Notes under the pieces: generated by a model | Told to the model about the DNA's origin: nothing | What the model saw: the letters and a program-made list of their open reading frames with translations, nothing else | Databases searched by the model: none | Program-made: the position numbers and the translations under genes | Virus record (IMG/VR): IMGVR_UViG_3300024336_000005 | Location: 124,001-188,000 of that record | Direction: 5' to 3' (one strand) | DNA: 64,000 nucleotides | In this document: positions 1 through 7,823 of the stretch, piece by piece | Numbering within the stretch: the stretch's first letter is position 1 | Layout: each line of letters opens with the position of its first letter

Positions 1-34
1 GTAGAGATTGCAGAAGACAAGCTAAAAGAAAGAG

Positions 35-535
35 ATGACTGGTAATAAGATGTCTATAAAAAGCTTCCACTATGTGTTGGACAATCTTGAGGATGGCAGT
101 GCAGGCATTACCTTCTACTCAAGTGAAGAGCTGGCTGACTTTGCTAGCGAATATGATTTGAATAAGGGCGGCTCCTCCTTTAGCAATAATACAGGATGCA
201 TTAGTGTGTATTATGAAGGCGATGTCGTGCCACATCTTGGGTGTCATCTTCTTACCCCCTTAGGCTTCTTGCTGAAAGCTGCTTATGATTGGAATCCTAG
301 GCATGATAAGGGCGGATGGAGTGAAGGTTGGGTGGTTCTAAAAAGAATGAACTTTGTTGAGAAGCTCATGGACAACCTAGCATTGCGCGCAGAAGAGATT
401 GGTGAGCCCCACACGCCTCGATATATAAATATTGTATCTGATCATGGTGAGGTTGTTCAGTACTTTACGTGCAAGAGTGCCGAGGATACGTTAACTCACA
501 TCTTGGAATTCTATCTAAAGTGCAGCCCATCATGA
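35..535 (+). CDS. hypothetical protein
   Basis: 166 aa ORF; stop overlaps the next start (ATGA at 532-535). Confidence 0.6.
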   Translation: MTGNKMSIKSFHYVLDNLEDGSAGITFYSSEELADFASEYDLNKGGSSFSNNTGCISVYYEGDVVPHLGCHLLTPLGFLLKAAYDWNPRHDKGGWSEGWVVLKRMNFVEKLMDNLALRAEEIGEPHTPRYINIVSDHGEVVQYFTCKSAEDTLTHILEFYLKCSPS

Positions 536-954
536 AGCTTGTAGTCTTTGTGGGGGATCCCAAGTCAGAGCAAATTAAGGTTCTGACGGAGCCCCATGGG
601 AGTGCCTTTAAGCATAACATTGATATCTTGCGACCTTGCAATCAGATCGAACAATTAGATTCTTTGTTTCATAACTTTCAGAACAGCAGCAGACTTCTCA
701 GTGGCAATCTTCTTCTCGTCACTGAATCTGAAATCATATTCAATCAGATTAGAATCAATGTAATGAATGGTGTAGTAAGCCATGAAGATGTTGAGATCTA
801 TTTTGAAGATGAATCAGGGGAGATTTGGAAGTTGGGGTTGGATGCCGATGGCAGGATGGAAGTCTGGCCAAAGGGATTCTTCGACACAATAGGCAACCAG
901 CTGCAAGAAATAATGAACTGCTACTTTAATAAAGTGACACTTAAGGAGGATTGA
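532..954 (+). CDS. stand-alone DUF3696-like protein (C-terminal fragment of an AAA_21/ABC ATPase type)
   Basis: VTESEIIFNQIR..EDVEIYF..LDADG..WPKGFFD matches the THSEH...WPxGFFD tail; no Walker A. Confidence 0.6.
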   Translation: MKLVVFVGDPKSEQIKVLTEPHGSAFKHNIDILRPCNQIEQLDSLFHNFQNSSRLLSGNLLLVTESEIIFNQIRINVMNGVVSHEDVEIYFEDESGEIWKLGLDADGRMEVWPKGFFDTIGNQLQEIMNCYFNKVTLKED

Positions 955-1149
955 ATGGGACTGTTTGATATTTTTACATCTGTTGTAGACACAGCGGGCA
1001 GTGTTGTTAAGACTGTCGTTGATGTGGCTGTCATTCCCGTGAGGGTTGTCGAGGATCTTGTTGATCCCGACACTGACTTCATAGAGTTAGAGCACACAAG
1101 AGATCAACTTGATAAGGTCGTAGATGATCTTGAGGATGCAATCAATTAA
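955..1149 (+). CDS. hypothetical protein
   Basis: RBS AAGGAGG upstream; 64 aa. Confidence 0.65.
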   Translation: MGLFDIFTSVVDTAGSVVKTVVDVAVIPVRVVEDLVDPDTDFIELEHTRDQLDKVVDDLEDAIN

Positions 1150-1634
1150 TGAAGTTTACAATAGGTCATATCCTATCTGTTGTTTGTGACAGAATGTTTG
1201 TGTCAGAGAAGGAGCTTAAGAAGTTCCTTGATTATGTGTGCGGCCAGAAGTTGAGCACGGTGCACCTCGCCGCCGCATCAGACTACGCTAAGATCCCACT
1301 GTTCGAACAGTTCCCTTGGGTCGATAAGATCAACACAAGAAGCCTTGATAGTACGATAGCTAGGATCCATTCTGAGGCCCCTCGGGCTGACTTGGAACTC
1401 GACACTGCACCGAAGGCTTACAACCCCTCAGTGGCCGCTCAGATCGTAGCAAACGCTACTGCTAGCAGCAATAGAGAAGCGCTTTGCGCTGCTCGAGACA
1501 AGTGGCTTGCTGGTGTGGCTAAGAAGGTGCGTGGTAATACTTTTGAAGTAAAGACTGCCACTGAGATGGGCTACCGTAAGTTTGATAAGGGATACTTCAC
1601 CAGATGGTGGATGAAGCAGAGAGCTAAGCCCTGA
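1149..1634 (+). CDS. hypothetical protein
   Basis: TAATG coupling to the upstream ORF; 161 aa. Confidence 0.6.
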   Translation: MKFTIGHILSVVCDRMFVSEKELKKFLDYVCGQKLSTVHLAAASDYAKIPLFEQFPWVDKINTRSLDSTIARIHSEAPRADLELDTAPKAYNPSVAAQIVANATASSNREALCAARDKWLAGVAKKVRGNTFEVKTATEMGYRKFDKGYFTRWWMKQRAKP

Positions 1635-1648
1635 GGGCTGCTCTCCAT

Positions 1649-1725
1649 GCCAGGTTAGCTCAGTGGATTAGAGCAGGGAGTTTCTACCTCCAAGGTCATA
1701 GGTTCGATCCCTATACCTGGTACCA
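1649..1725 (+). tRNA. tRNA-Arg(TCT)
   Basis: Cloverleaf: GCCAGGT/ACCTGGT acceptor, loop TTTCTAC, TTCGATC T-loop, encoded CCA. Confidence 0.92.
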
Positions 1726-1741
1726 ATGAAAAGGGAAGAGT

Positions 1742-2182
1742 ATGAAGAAGTTTAATGTGTGGTTGTGTGTGCTGTTGTTCTCATTTGCTTGTTCAAATCA
1801 GGTGGGATTGGAATATGCATCAGTTAAGGTTCCCACTCCAGCTGAAATTGGAGTGGACTTCAACATAATTGAGACCCAGCTTCCTCCGGTGGAGATAGCA
1901 GTCACTCGAGCAGTTGGATATCTTACGCATACAGAATGGGGGGCCCTGACCATTAGAGATGGAAAGAATGTTTATCTAAGCTTTCTTATGGATGACCAGA
2001 ACTTGAATGAAAGGATTTTGCAAGCCTCTTATGGAGAGCTTGCTCATTTCTTGGCGCAAGTTTGTGGGCGCTTTACTGCGACAAAGCAGTGGTCATGTCA
2101 GGTTAAAATTCCAGATAAGGATGTACCGTTTATATCTTCGGTACTAATTAAGCCCTTGAGGGCTCCGAAAGATAGGGAATAA
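1742..2182 (+). CDS. secreted or lipoprotein-like hypothetical protein
   Basis: MKK plus hydrophobic stretch ending FAC. Confidence 0.55.
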   Translation: MKKFNVWLCVLLFSFACSNQVGLEYASVKVPTPAEIGVDFNIIETQLPPVEIAVTRAVGYLTHTEWGALTIRDGKNVYLSFLMDDQNLNERILQASYGELAHFLAQVCGRFTATKQWSCQVKIPDKDVPFISSVLIKPLRAPKDRE

Positions 2183-2184
2183 CG

Positions 2185-2577
2185 ATGAAGCAGGGCGTAA
2201 GCATAGTTGTTCTCGGTTTGACCGAGGATTTTGAAACTAAGGTTCTTATCTGTGAGCGTAAGGATGGCAGCGGATACTGTCTGCCAGGAGGGAAGATTGA
2301 TCCCGGCGAGAGGGGCGAACAGGCTGCAATGAGGGAGCTCTTTGAGGAGACTGGAATCTACCTTAGCGCTGCCAACACACGGCATCTGTACTCAGGCGTA
2401 GAGATCCCCGAGTGGATCACTACTACCTTTTATCTCCCGTACAAGCTGAAGATAGCTGATACTATCCTTTCTCCTGGTGAGGGAGAGCCACCCTGCAAGT
2501 GGGGCACTTGGGAAGAGCTCTTTGGTCCCCCCTTTGGCGACTACAACCGTAAGGTATTTGAGGTGATGCGGACGTGA
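2185..2577 (+). CDS. NUDIX hydrolase
   Basis: Nudix box GGKIDPGERGEQAAMRELFEETG. Confidence 0.92.
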   Translation: MKQGVSIVVLGLTEDFETKVLICERKDGSGYCLPGGKIDPGERGEQAAMRELFEETGIYLSAANTRHLYSGVEIPEWITTTFYLPYKLKIADTILSPGEGEPPCKWGTWEELFGPPFGDYNRKVFEVMRT

Positions 2578-3617
2578 GTAACTCTAAGTCTTTTGATGAC
2601 TATCTTATGTCTCCTCGGTATTCTGATATTGAATCAAGGAGTGAGGTTTCTCTGGAGACTTCTTTAGGGCCATATACCTTTAGTCTCCCTATTATCTCTT
2701 CTCCTATGGATACTATCACTAATGCTGAGATGGCAGCGGCGATGGCTGAGGCCGGAGGCTTAGGGATTGTTCACAGAGGACAAGAGGCTGCAGTACAGGC
2801 CCACGAAGTTGGCCTGGGAGTGGTGATAGCGCGCGAAAAAGGTGTAAAAGATCCTATCATTGGTGCAGCCATTGGCGTAAAGGTTGAAGATGTTGATAGA
2901 GCTGAAAGGCTTGTAGATGCAGGGGCTAAGATCCTTTGCATTGATGTCTGTCATGGACACCACATCAATGTGAAGCGTCAGATCAAAAGGCTGCAACATC
3001 TTAATACCACCATCATTGCTGGAAACATTGCCACCAGAAATGGTGCAATGTTTCTTGCAGACCAAGGGGTGGCTGGCATTAGAGTTGGCATTGGCAATGG
3101 TTCCATTTGTTCCACAAGACTGAACACTGGACACGGCGTTCCACAAGCAACAGCATTGATGCATGCCGCGTGGGGAGTGTCTGGAGTTATGGATAGTACC
3201 AGCCCACCAGAAGCCAGGCCTGCTCTCATCTCAGATGGTGGTTGTCGTAACGGAGGAGACATCGTTAAGGCCCTTGCGCTCGGTGCTGATATGGTGATGT
3301 TGGGTTCGATGCTTTCGGGTACATATGAAACCCCAGGCAACTGTGATGACGACGGTTACAAAGTGTACCGTGGCATGGCCTCTGAAGGAGCCCAGGCCGA
3401 CTGGGGCGGTGGAGTTAAGTCAGTGGAAGGGGTCACTGCTAAGGTGCGCTCCAAGGGGGCTGTAGGCCCCTTGTTGGACGCCCTTGCTGAGAATCTTCGA
3501 GCAGGGCTGTCTTACTCAGGGGCTAGAACCATTAAGGATCTTCAAGCATGTGCTGACCGAATCATTGTATCTCAATCATCACTGAGGGAAAGCGATACGC
3601 ATATTCGCTTCCAGTAA
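2574..3617 (+). CDS. IMP dehydrogenase / GMP reductase family protein (no CBS domain)
   Basis: SSPMDT, IDVCHGH, GIGNGSICSTR (catalytic Cys), SDGG, YRGMAS, EGV. Confidence 0.93.
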   Translation: MSNSKSFDDYLMSPRYSDIESRSEVSLETSLGPYTFSLPIISSPMDTITNAEMAAAMAEAGGLGIVHRGQEAAVQAHEVGLGVVIAREKGVKDPIIGAAIGVKVEDVDRAERLVDAGAKILCIDVCHGHHINVKRQIKRLQHLNTTIIAGNIATRNGAMFLADQGVAGIRVGIGNGSICSTRLNTGHGVPQATALMHAAWGVSGVMDSTSPPEARPALISDGGCRNGGDIVKALALGADMVMLGSMLSGTYETPGNCDDDGYKVYRGMASEGAQADWGGGVKSVEGVTAKVRSKGAVGPLLDALAENLRAGLSYSGARTIKDLQACADRIIVSQSSLRESDTHIRFQ

Positions 3618-3629
3618 TAAGACTGCGCA

Positions 3630-3685
3630 CTCCCAGTAAGGGAGAAGTAGGGTTGGCTGCGCTTGGACTGCGTCCAATGCTGGCC
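3630..3685 (+). ncRNA. repeated structured RNA motif, copy 1
   Basis: CTCCC-AGTAA-GGGAG hairpin, then GGC-TGCGC-[TTGGAC/GTCCAA]-TGCTG-GCC. Confidence 0.55.
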
Positions 3686-3750
3686 TGATAGTCATATAGG
3701 CAAAGGCCAGTCAGTTGAAGTCCTCGTGACAACACCGGGCTGGCTTTTGG

Positions 3751-3825
3751 GGTCCTCTAGCCAAACGGTCAAGGCAGCCGCCTGATAAGCGGCGATACCT
3801 GGTTCAACTCCAGGGGGGACTACCA
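3751..3825 (+). tRNA. tRNA-Ile(GAT)
   Basis: GCCGC-CTGATAA-GCGGC anticodon arm, CCTGG/CCAGG T-arm, CCA. Confidence 0.92.
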
Positions 3826-3861
3826 TCCAGCATTAGCTGGGACAAACATAAAGGAGAAAGC

Positions 3862-4059
3862 ATGTCGTCAAGGAACAGAGAGAATGATGCGACGATTAAG
3901 AGGTTGCAGCGAGTGTCGGATGTCCTCAAGCAGGAGATGAGGGAGATCCCCTTCTTGCCAAAGGACATCACGGACACTTTGAACGGTACCATCAGCTACG
4001 TAAAGCGTAGATGTGCCGCGCTAGGTCCAGTAGAAGAGGCATCTGACTCACCAGAGTAA
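3862..4059 (+). CDS. hypothetical protein
   Basis: RBS AAGGAG; 65 aa. Confidence 0.6.
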   Translation: MSSRNRENDATIKRLQRVSDVLKQEMREIPFLPKDITDTLNGTISYVKRRCAALGPVEEASDSPE

Positions 4060-4082
4060 GTGTCCAAATAGCTTTTGTCTTA

Positions 4083-4412
4083 CTCTTAGTGAAGAGGAGA
4101 CATGTAGCACCTAAACTGGCTCCCTAGTAGCCGAGAGTCGGCGGGTCGTTCAGTTTAGGTGCAGTAGTTACCGAGCCAGCAAAGTCATCGATCGTACGTC
4201 AACAAAGAAGAGCTAGTAGTATAGACTAGTAAGCTTCAGACGTCCGGCTCGAGACCCAGTCTGGCGGCCGGCGGAGGAGATGATCTCCGGCGCCGTGGGA
4301 CCGTACTTGGTCCGCCATGGTAACTACAACTGCAGCGAGGAGACATGTACATGATCCAGACCTGGTCACCAGCTCTTAGGGGCCCATAAGGCCTGACCTG
4401 GATGTCCATGTC
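4083..4412 (+). ncRNA. large multi-stem non-coding RNA candidate
   Basis: Perfect inverted repeats 4107-4118/4151-4162 and 4164-4172/4319-4327; also 4173-4177/4246-4250 and 4342-4347/4407-4412; no credible ORF. Confidence 0.55.
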
Positions 4413-4495
4413 GATAACGCTGTGGAGAACTACTTCTATATATGTCAAGTACTACAATAGGTCTAGAACTATTGGGCATAAAGAAGGGTAGTTCT

Positions 4496-5048
4496 GCGGG
4501 TGAAGTGTTTAGGTTGCACGTCTGGCTTCCTTCCAAACTTTCGCTGTTATTGGAATCCAAGCACTACGCTTGGAGGGCTACAATGAAAGTTTGCACTAAA
4601 TGCAATGAACAAAAGACACTAGAAAACTTTTCATGGAAAGATAAAAATAGAGGAAGAAAAGCTTCCGAATGTAAGAGTTGTCATAAAATAATGAGGTTGG
4701 CTTATTATCAAGCTAACAAAACAAAAGAAAGACAACGAGCAAATCATCGCAGGATGAATCTCAAAGCATGGTACAGGGACTTAAAGAAGACACTGTGCTG
4801 TCATAAATGCAGAGAGAGCCACCCTGCGATATTACATTTTCACCATAAAGTTTCTAACCAAAAAGAACTTGAAATATCTATAGCCATCAACCATGGATGG
4901 TCAAAAGAGCGCATTCTAAAAGAAATGAATAAATGCGAAGTTCTTTGTGCCAATTGTCATGCTAAGCATCATTGGGATGAAAGGTACGAATAGTGCTTTA
5001 CATTCCTCAACCCAGAAAGACAGAGTTCGATTCTCTGTACCCGCACCA
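4496..5048 (+). tRNA. tRNA, probably Gly(TCC), interrupted in the anticodon loop by an ~480 nt HNH-coding insert
   Basis: 5' half 4496-4530 (GCGGGTG, D-arm, TCTGG-CTTCC) pairs with 3' half 5010-5048 (AC-CCAGA, CAGAG-TTCGATT-CTCTG, TACCCGC-A-CCA). Confidence 0.8.
4583..4993 (+). CDS. HNH homing endonuclease-like protein inside the tRNA
   Basis: N-terminal CxxC..CxxC; CHKC..LHFHH..LCANCHAKHH; RBS GGAGGG; AT-rich. Confidence 0.85.
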   Translation: MKVCTKCNEQKTLENFSWKDKNRGRKASECKSCHKIMRLAYYQANKTKERQRANHRRMNLKAWYRDLKKTLCCHKCRESHPAILHFHHKVSNQKELEISIAINHGWSKERILKEMNKCEVLCANCHAKHHWDERYE

Positions 5049-5054
5049 TCCTTA

Positions 5055-5143
5055 CTCTGAGAAAAGAGGAGGAGAACATTAATATATATAAGGCCAATCT
5101 TGCGCTTTTTCAATGCTCGATCGAGTTCTTATATATATTAATG
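5055..5143 (+). ncRNA. repeated structured RNA motif, copy 2
   Basis: CTCTG-AGAA-AAGAG; TGCGC (5101) and TGCTC (5114) lie inside a perfect 16 bp inverted repeat 5077-5092/5128-5143. Confidence 0.55.
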
Positions 5144-5250
5144 GTAATAAGTTTAGATCAGACATCTTTTTAGCGCTCAGATAGATTGTCCGAGCTCGAA
5201 GAAAGAAAAATAATCTGAATACACAAGTGGAACTTAAGATAACCACTTGT

Positions 5251-5337
5251 GGGATGTTAGCCGAATTGGTTGAAGGTACCGGACTCTTAATCCGGAGAGT
5301 GAAAGCTCCATTCTGGGTTCGAACCCCAGGCGTCCCA
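5251..5337 (+). tRNA. tRNA-Lys(CTT) with a long class II-type variable arm
   Basis: CCGGA-CTCTTAA-TCCGG; variable arm GAGT-GAAA-GCTC; CTGGG/CCCAG T-arm; no encoded CCA. Confidence 0.85.
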
Positions 5338-5381
5338 CTTAAGTCCATACTCTAGGAATAGAGATACTCTTTCGGGAGTAT

Positions 5382-5453
5382 CCGCCCTTAGCTCAGTTGG
5401 TAGAGCATCTGGTTGAAGCCCAGTGGTCTCTGGTTCGATTCCAGAAGGGTGGA
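5382..5453 (+). tRNA. tRNA-Phe(GAA)
   Basis: CCGCCCT/AGGGTGG acceptor, loop TTGAAGC, TTCGATT T-loop. Confidence 0.9.
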
Positions 5454-5479
5454 CAAGTACTGAAACGCAAAGGATGAAA

Positions 5480-5740
5480 ATGAAGATTAAAGAACTGATT
5501 GAAGCCCTGCAGGGAAAAGATCCAGAAGCTGTTGTTGTAATCCATGGCTACGAGGGTGGCTTTCATGAGGTGGCAAGGACATTAAATGGAGGAATCTTTG
5601 TTGATCTCCATAGAGGTGATGCTTATTATGGAGAGCACGAATTCTGTTCAGAGGAATATGCTGAGGGAGCGAACAGCAAAGCTGTCCTTCTCCTCCATGA
5701 CTGTCCAAAGGATGAAGATGATTACACAGGAAACTCATAA
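5480..5740 (+). CDS. hypothetical protein
   Basis: MKIKELIEAL start after AGGA; the track's GTG start lies inside tRNA-Phe. Confidence 0.6.
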   Translation: MKIKELIEALQGKDPEAVVVIHGYEGGFHEVARTLNGGIFVDLHRGDAYYGEHEFCSEEYAEGANSKAVLLLHDCPKDEDDYTGNS

Positions 5741-5749
5741 GGATAAATA

Positions 5750-6859
5750 ATGTCGCACACAACTCTTTTTCATAAGGGCAAGGCCAACAAGCTGTACTCA
5801 TGGACCATTTGGACTGAAGGTGACGAAATTGTTACCGAACATGGGACTGCAGAGGGCAAGAAGCAGGTCTCACGTAAGAAGGCCACGCCAAAGAACGTAG
5901 GCAGATCCAATGAGACCACAGCAGAGGAGCAGGCCGTGCTTGAAGCACAGGCCATGTGGACCTTCAAGAAGGAACGCAAGTACTCAGAGTCTCCTCATGA
6001 GGCAGAGCAAACACTCTTCCTCCCCATGTTGGCACAGGACTTTGAGAAGAAGAAGTCTAAGGTTAGCTACCCCGTAGATGTTCAGCCTAAGCTGGATGGA
6101 GTTCGCGCTCTTGCTACTTGGGAGGGAGAAGAGGTTAAGCTCTACTCTCGTTCAGGTAAGGAGTGGAACATTCCTCATCTAGCAAGACAGCTTGAGGCAG
6201 TCTTGCCTAAGGATAGAATTGTTGACGGTGAGATTTACATCCATGGTGTGAGCTTCCAGGCAGTGACTCGACTGGTTAAAAAGCATAGACCAGGAGAGAG
6301 TGAGAAGCTTAATTACTTCATCTACGATATGGTGATGAAGGGGGCAGAGAACACAGAGATTGGCTGGCTTCCTCGTAAGCATCAGCTGGCTGAGTTCTTT
6401 GGGTCCTTTGATGAGAGCTTGGCTCCCAACCTCATTCATGTTCAGAGTAATGATGCCCCAAGTGAAGAGGAAGTCTATTATCTACAGCAGAAGCTAGTAG
6501 AAGAAGGCTTTGAAGGTGCCATCGTAAGGGTCCTCAATGGATTCCCTTACATTTATGGCTACCGCTCAGCTGGTCTGCTCAAAGTAAAGACCTTCTCGGA
6601 TGAAGAGTTTAGAGTGGTTGGGCATACCATGGGAGTAGGCAAGTTCGCTAATACCCCTACGTGGGAGTGTATCACCAATGAGGGGAGGCCTTTCCGGTGC
6701 CTGTCCAAGGGAACGAAGGCCGAACGAGAGGCCATGGGAGCCAATGCTGAGTCCTACTATGGGCAGATGCTAAAGGTTCGCTTCTTTGAGAAGTCAGAAG
6801 ATAATATCCCAAGGTTTCCAATCGGTATAGGCTTTAGAGACCCCAGGGATATGTCATGA
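5750..6859 (+). CDS. ATP-dependent DNA ligase with an N-terminal WGR-like domain
   Basis: Motif I QPKLDGVR, VDGEIY, EGFEGAIVR, LLKVK. Confidence 0.93.
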   Translation: MSHTTLFHKGKANKLYSWTIWTEGDEIVTEHGTAEGKKQVSRKKATPKNVGRSNETTAEEQAVLEAQAMWTFKKERKYSESPHEAEQTLFLPMLAQDFEKKKSKVSYPVDVQPKLDGVRALATWEGEEVKLYSRSGKEWNIPHLARQLEAVLPKDRIVDGEIYIHGVSFQAVTRLVKKHRPGESEKLNYFIYDMVMKGAENTEIGWLPRKHQLAEFFGSFDESLAPNLIHVQSNDAPSEEEVYYLQQKLVEEGFEGAIVRVLNGFPYIYGYRSAGLLKVKTFSDEEFRVVGHTMGVGKFANTPTWECITNEGRPFRCLSKGTKAEREAMGANAESYYGQMLKVRFFEKSEDNIPRFPIGIGFRDPRDMS

Positions 6860-7011
6860 AGTACATCTTCTTGACTGTAGTCCAGGTCATATTGGCCTTG
6901 GCCATCTGCGAAACATTGGTACAATTTGCATGGGTTATGGTAATGGGATCAATAGGTTGGCACACATACGACCTAATAAGCACTAGAATAGTAGGGGTTA
7001 AGGATGAGTAG
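6856..7011 (+). CDS. small membrane protein
   Basis: ATGA overlap with the ligase stop; hydrophobic MKYIFLTVVQVILALAIC... Confidence 0.4.
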   Translation: MKYIFLTVVQVILALAICETLVQFAWVMVMGSIGWHTYDLISTRIVGVKDE

Positions 7012-7255
7012 AATAGAATACTCACAGTGTGAGTTAGAAATTAATACCGGCAGTGGTATTATCACAACTACATCATGGCTACCTACCTATCACAAGAACG
7101 TGAAGATTGTGAGAGGCGTTCATGTGAGGCTGGAAGAAGATACGGAAGAGCGCTGGTGGACGGTGGTGTCAGTAGGAGCAACAAAGATCTCAGACAAGAC
7201 TGCATTCAAGCAGGCTCGACGACACGCAAACTACATAGCCTCAGTAGATATTTAA
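7004..7255 (+). CDS. hypothetical protein
   Basis: 83 aa ORF in the operon run. Confidence 0.55.
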   Translation: MSRIEYSQCELEINTGSGIITTTSWLPTYHKNVKIVRGVHVRLEEDTEERWWTVVSVGATKISDKTAFKQARRHANYIASVDI

Positions 7256-7264
7256 GAAGACATA

Positions 7265-7355
7265 CTCCCGGAAGGGAGGAGTCAATCTTAATTTGTCCTC
7301 CGCTTGGATGCATTAGAAATGCACCCAATGTTGCTAGGCAACCCAATGCTCGGAC
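7265..7355 (+). ncRNA. repeated structured RNA motif, copy 3
   Basis: CTCCC-GGAA-GGGAG-GAG; GTCC-TCCGC-TTGG...CCAA-TGCTC-GGAC. Confidence 0.55.
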
Positions 7356-7472
7356 GTCCTTTGCTTGGCAAGCCAAGGCTAGGACTGGATCATTGGGCGG
7401 AGGCTTAACCTTACCAAAGGGCACCAAAAATATATAGGTGTGGTTGCTAATGATTAGCGACCGTAAGGTTAA

Positions 7473-7547
7473 TGCGGAATAGAGAAGCCAGGTTATCTCG
7501 CTAGCCTCATAAGCTGGAGATCGCAGGTTCAAATCCTGCTTCCGCTA
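7473..7547 (+). tRNA. tRNA-Met(CAT), initiator-like
   Basis: T1/T72 mismatch, A11-T24, TTCAAAT T-loop, loop CTCATAA. Confidence 0.88.
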
Positions 7548-7549
7548 CA

Positions 7550-7620
7550 TTCCCAAGATAAGAAAATCAAATGCAATCGCGGTTAACTTTTGTAGTTTTT
7601 GCTTAGGCTTATCTTGGGAA
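7550..7620 (+). repeat. 13 bp perfect inverted repeat right after tRNA-Met
   Basis: TTCCCAAGATAAG 7550-7562 / CTTATCTTGGGAA 7608-7620. Confidence 0.7.
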
Positions 7621-7630
7621 CATTTTCTTA

Positions 7631-7699
7631 CTCCTAGAGAGGAGGAGAAAGACTGTCCTGCGCTCCTCTTCCACTACGTGGTCGCGGATGCTCGGAGTC
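7631..7699 (+). ncRNA. repeated structured RNA motif, copy 4
   Basis: CTCCT-AGAG-AGGAG-GAGA; GACT..CC-TGCGC-TCC...GGA-TGCTC-GG-AGTC. Confidence 0.55.
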
Positions 7700-7701
7700 A
7701 G

Positions 7702-7796
7702 TTGCTTGTTAACACAGGTTTACCTCAGGCTACGGAGCTTGCTCAATGCTTGAGCTTCGCCCCTAGGCCTCCAGGTAAACCACAGTAAACAAGCAA
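7702..7796 (+). ncRNA. long irregular hairpin
   Basis: 7702-7710/7788-7796, 7717-7725/7773-7781, apical GCTCAA/TTGAGC. Confidence 0.5.
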
Positions 7797-7823
7797 GCGA
7801 CCTAAGGCTTGCCTTGGGGTCGG

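Noticed and set aside
2760-3340. - strand ORFs inside the IMPDH/GMPR gene (and similar shadows throughout)
   Set aside because: Antisense to well-supported genes, with no RBS or motifs
3690-3750. RNase P-like words (GAAGTCC, ACACCGGGCT)
   Set aside because: They are adjacent within one hairpin followed by a T-run, which fits a terminator-like stem better
4083-4412. tmRNA, RNase P or SRP RNA
   Set aside because: No tRNA-like ends or degradation-tag ORF, no GAGGAAAGUCC/P4 pairing, no SRP loop motif
4442-4582. N-terminal 47 codons of the 183 aa track ORF
   Set aside because: They overlap the tRNA 5' half and its leader hairpin; the RBS-supported start is ATG 4583
4531-5009. Group I intron in the tRNA
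   Set aside because: No P/Q/R/S core, no terminal G, and no room outside the ORF; a clean bulge-helix-bulge could not be drawn either
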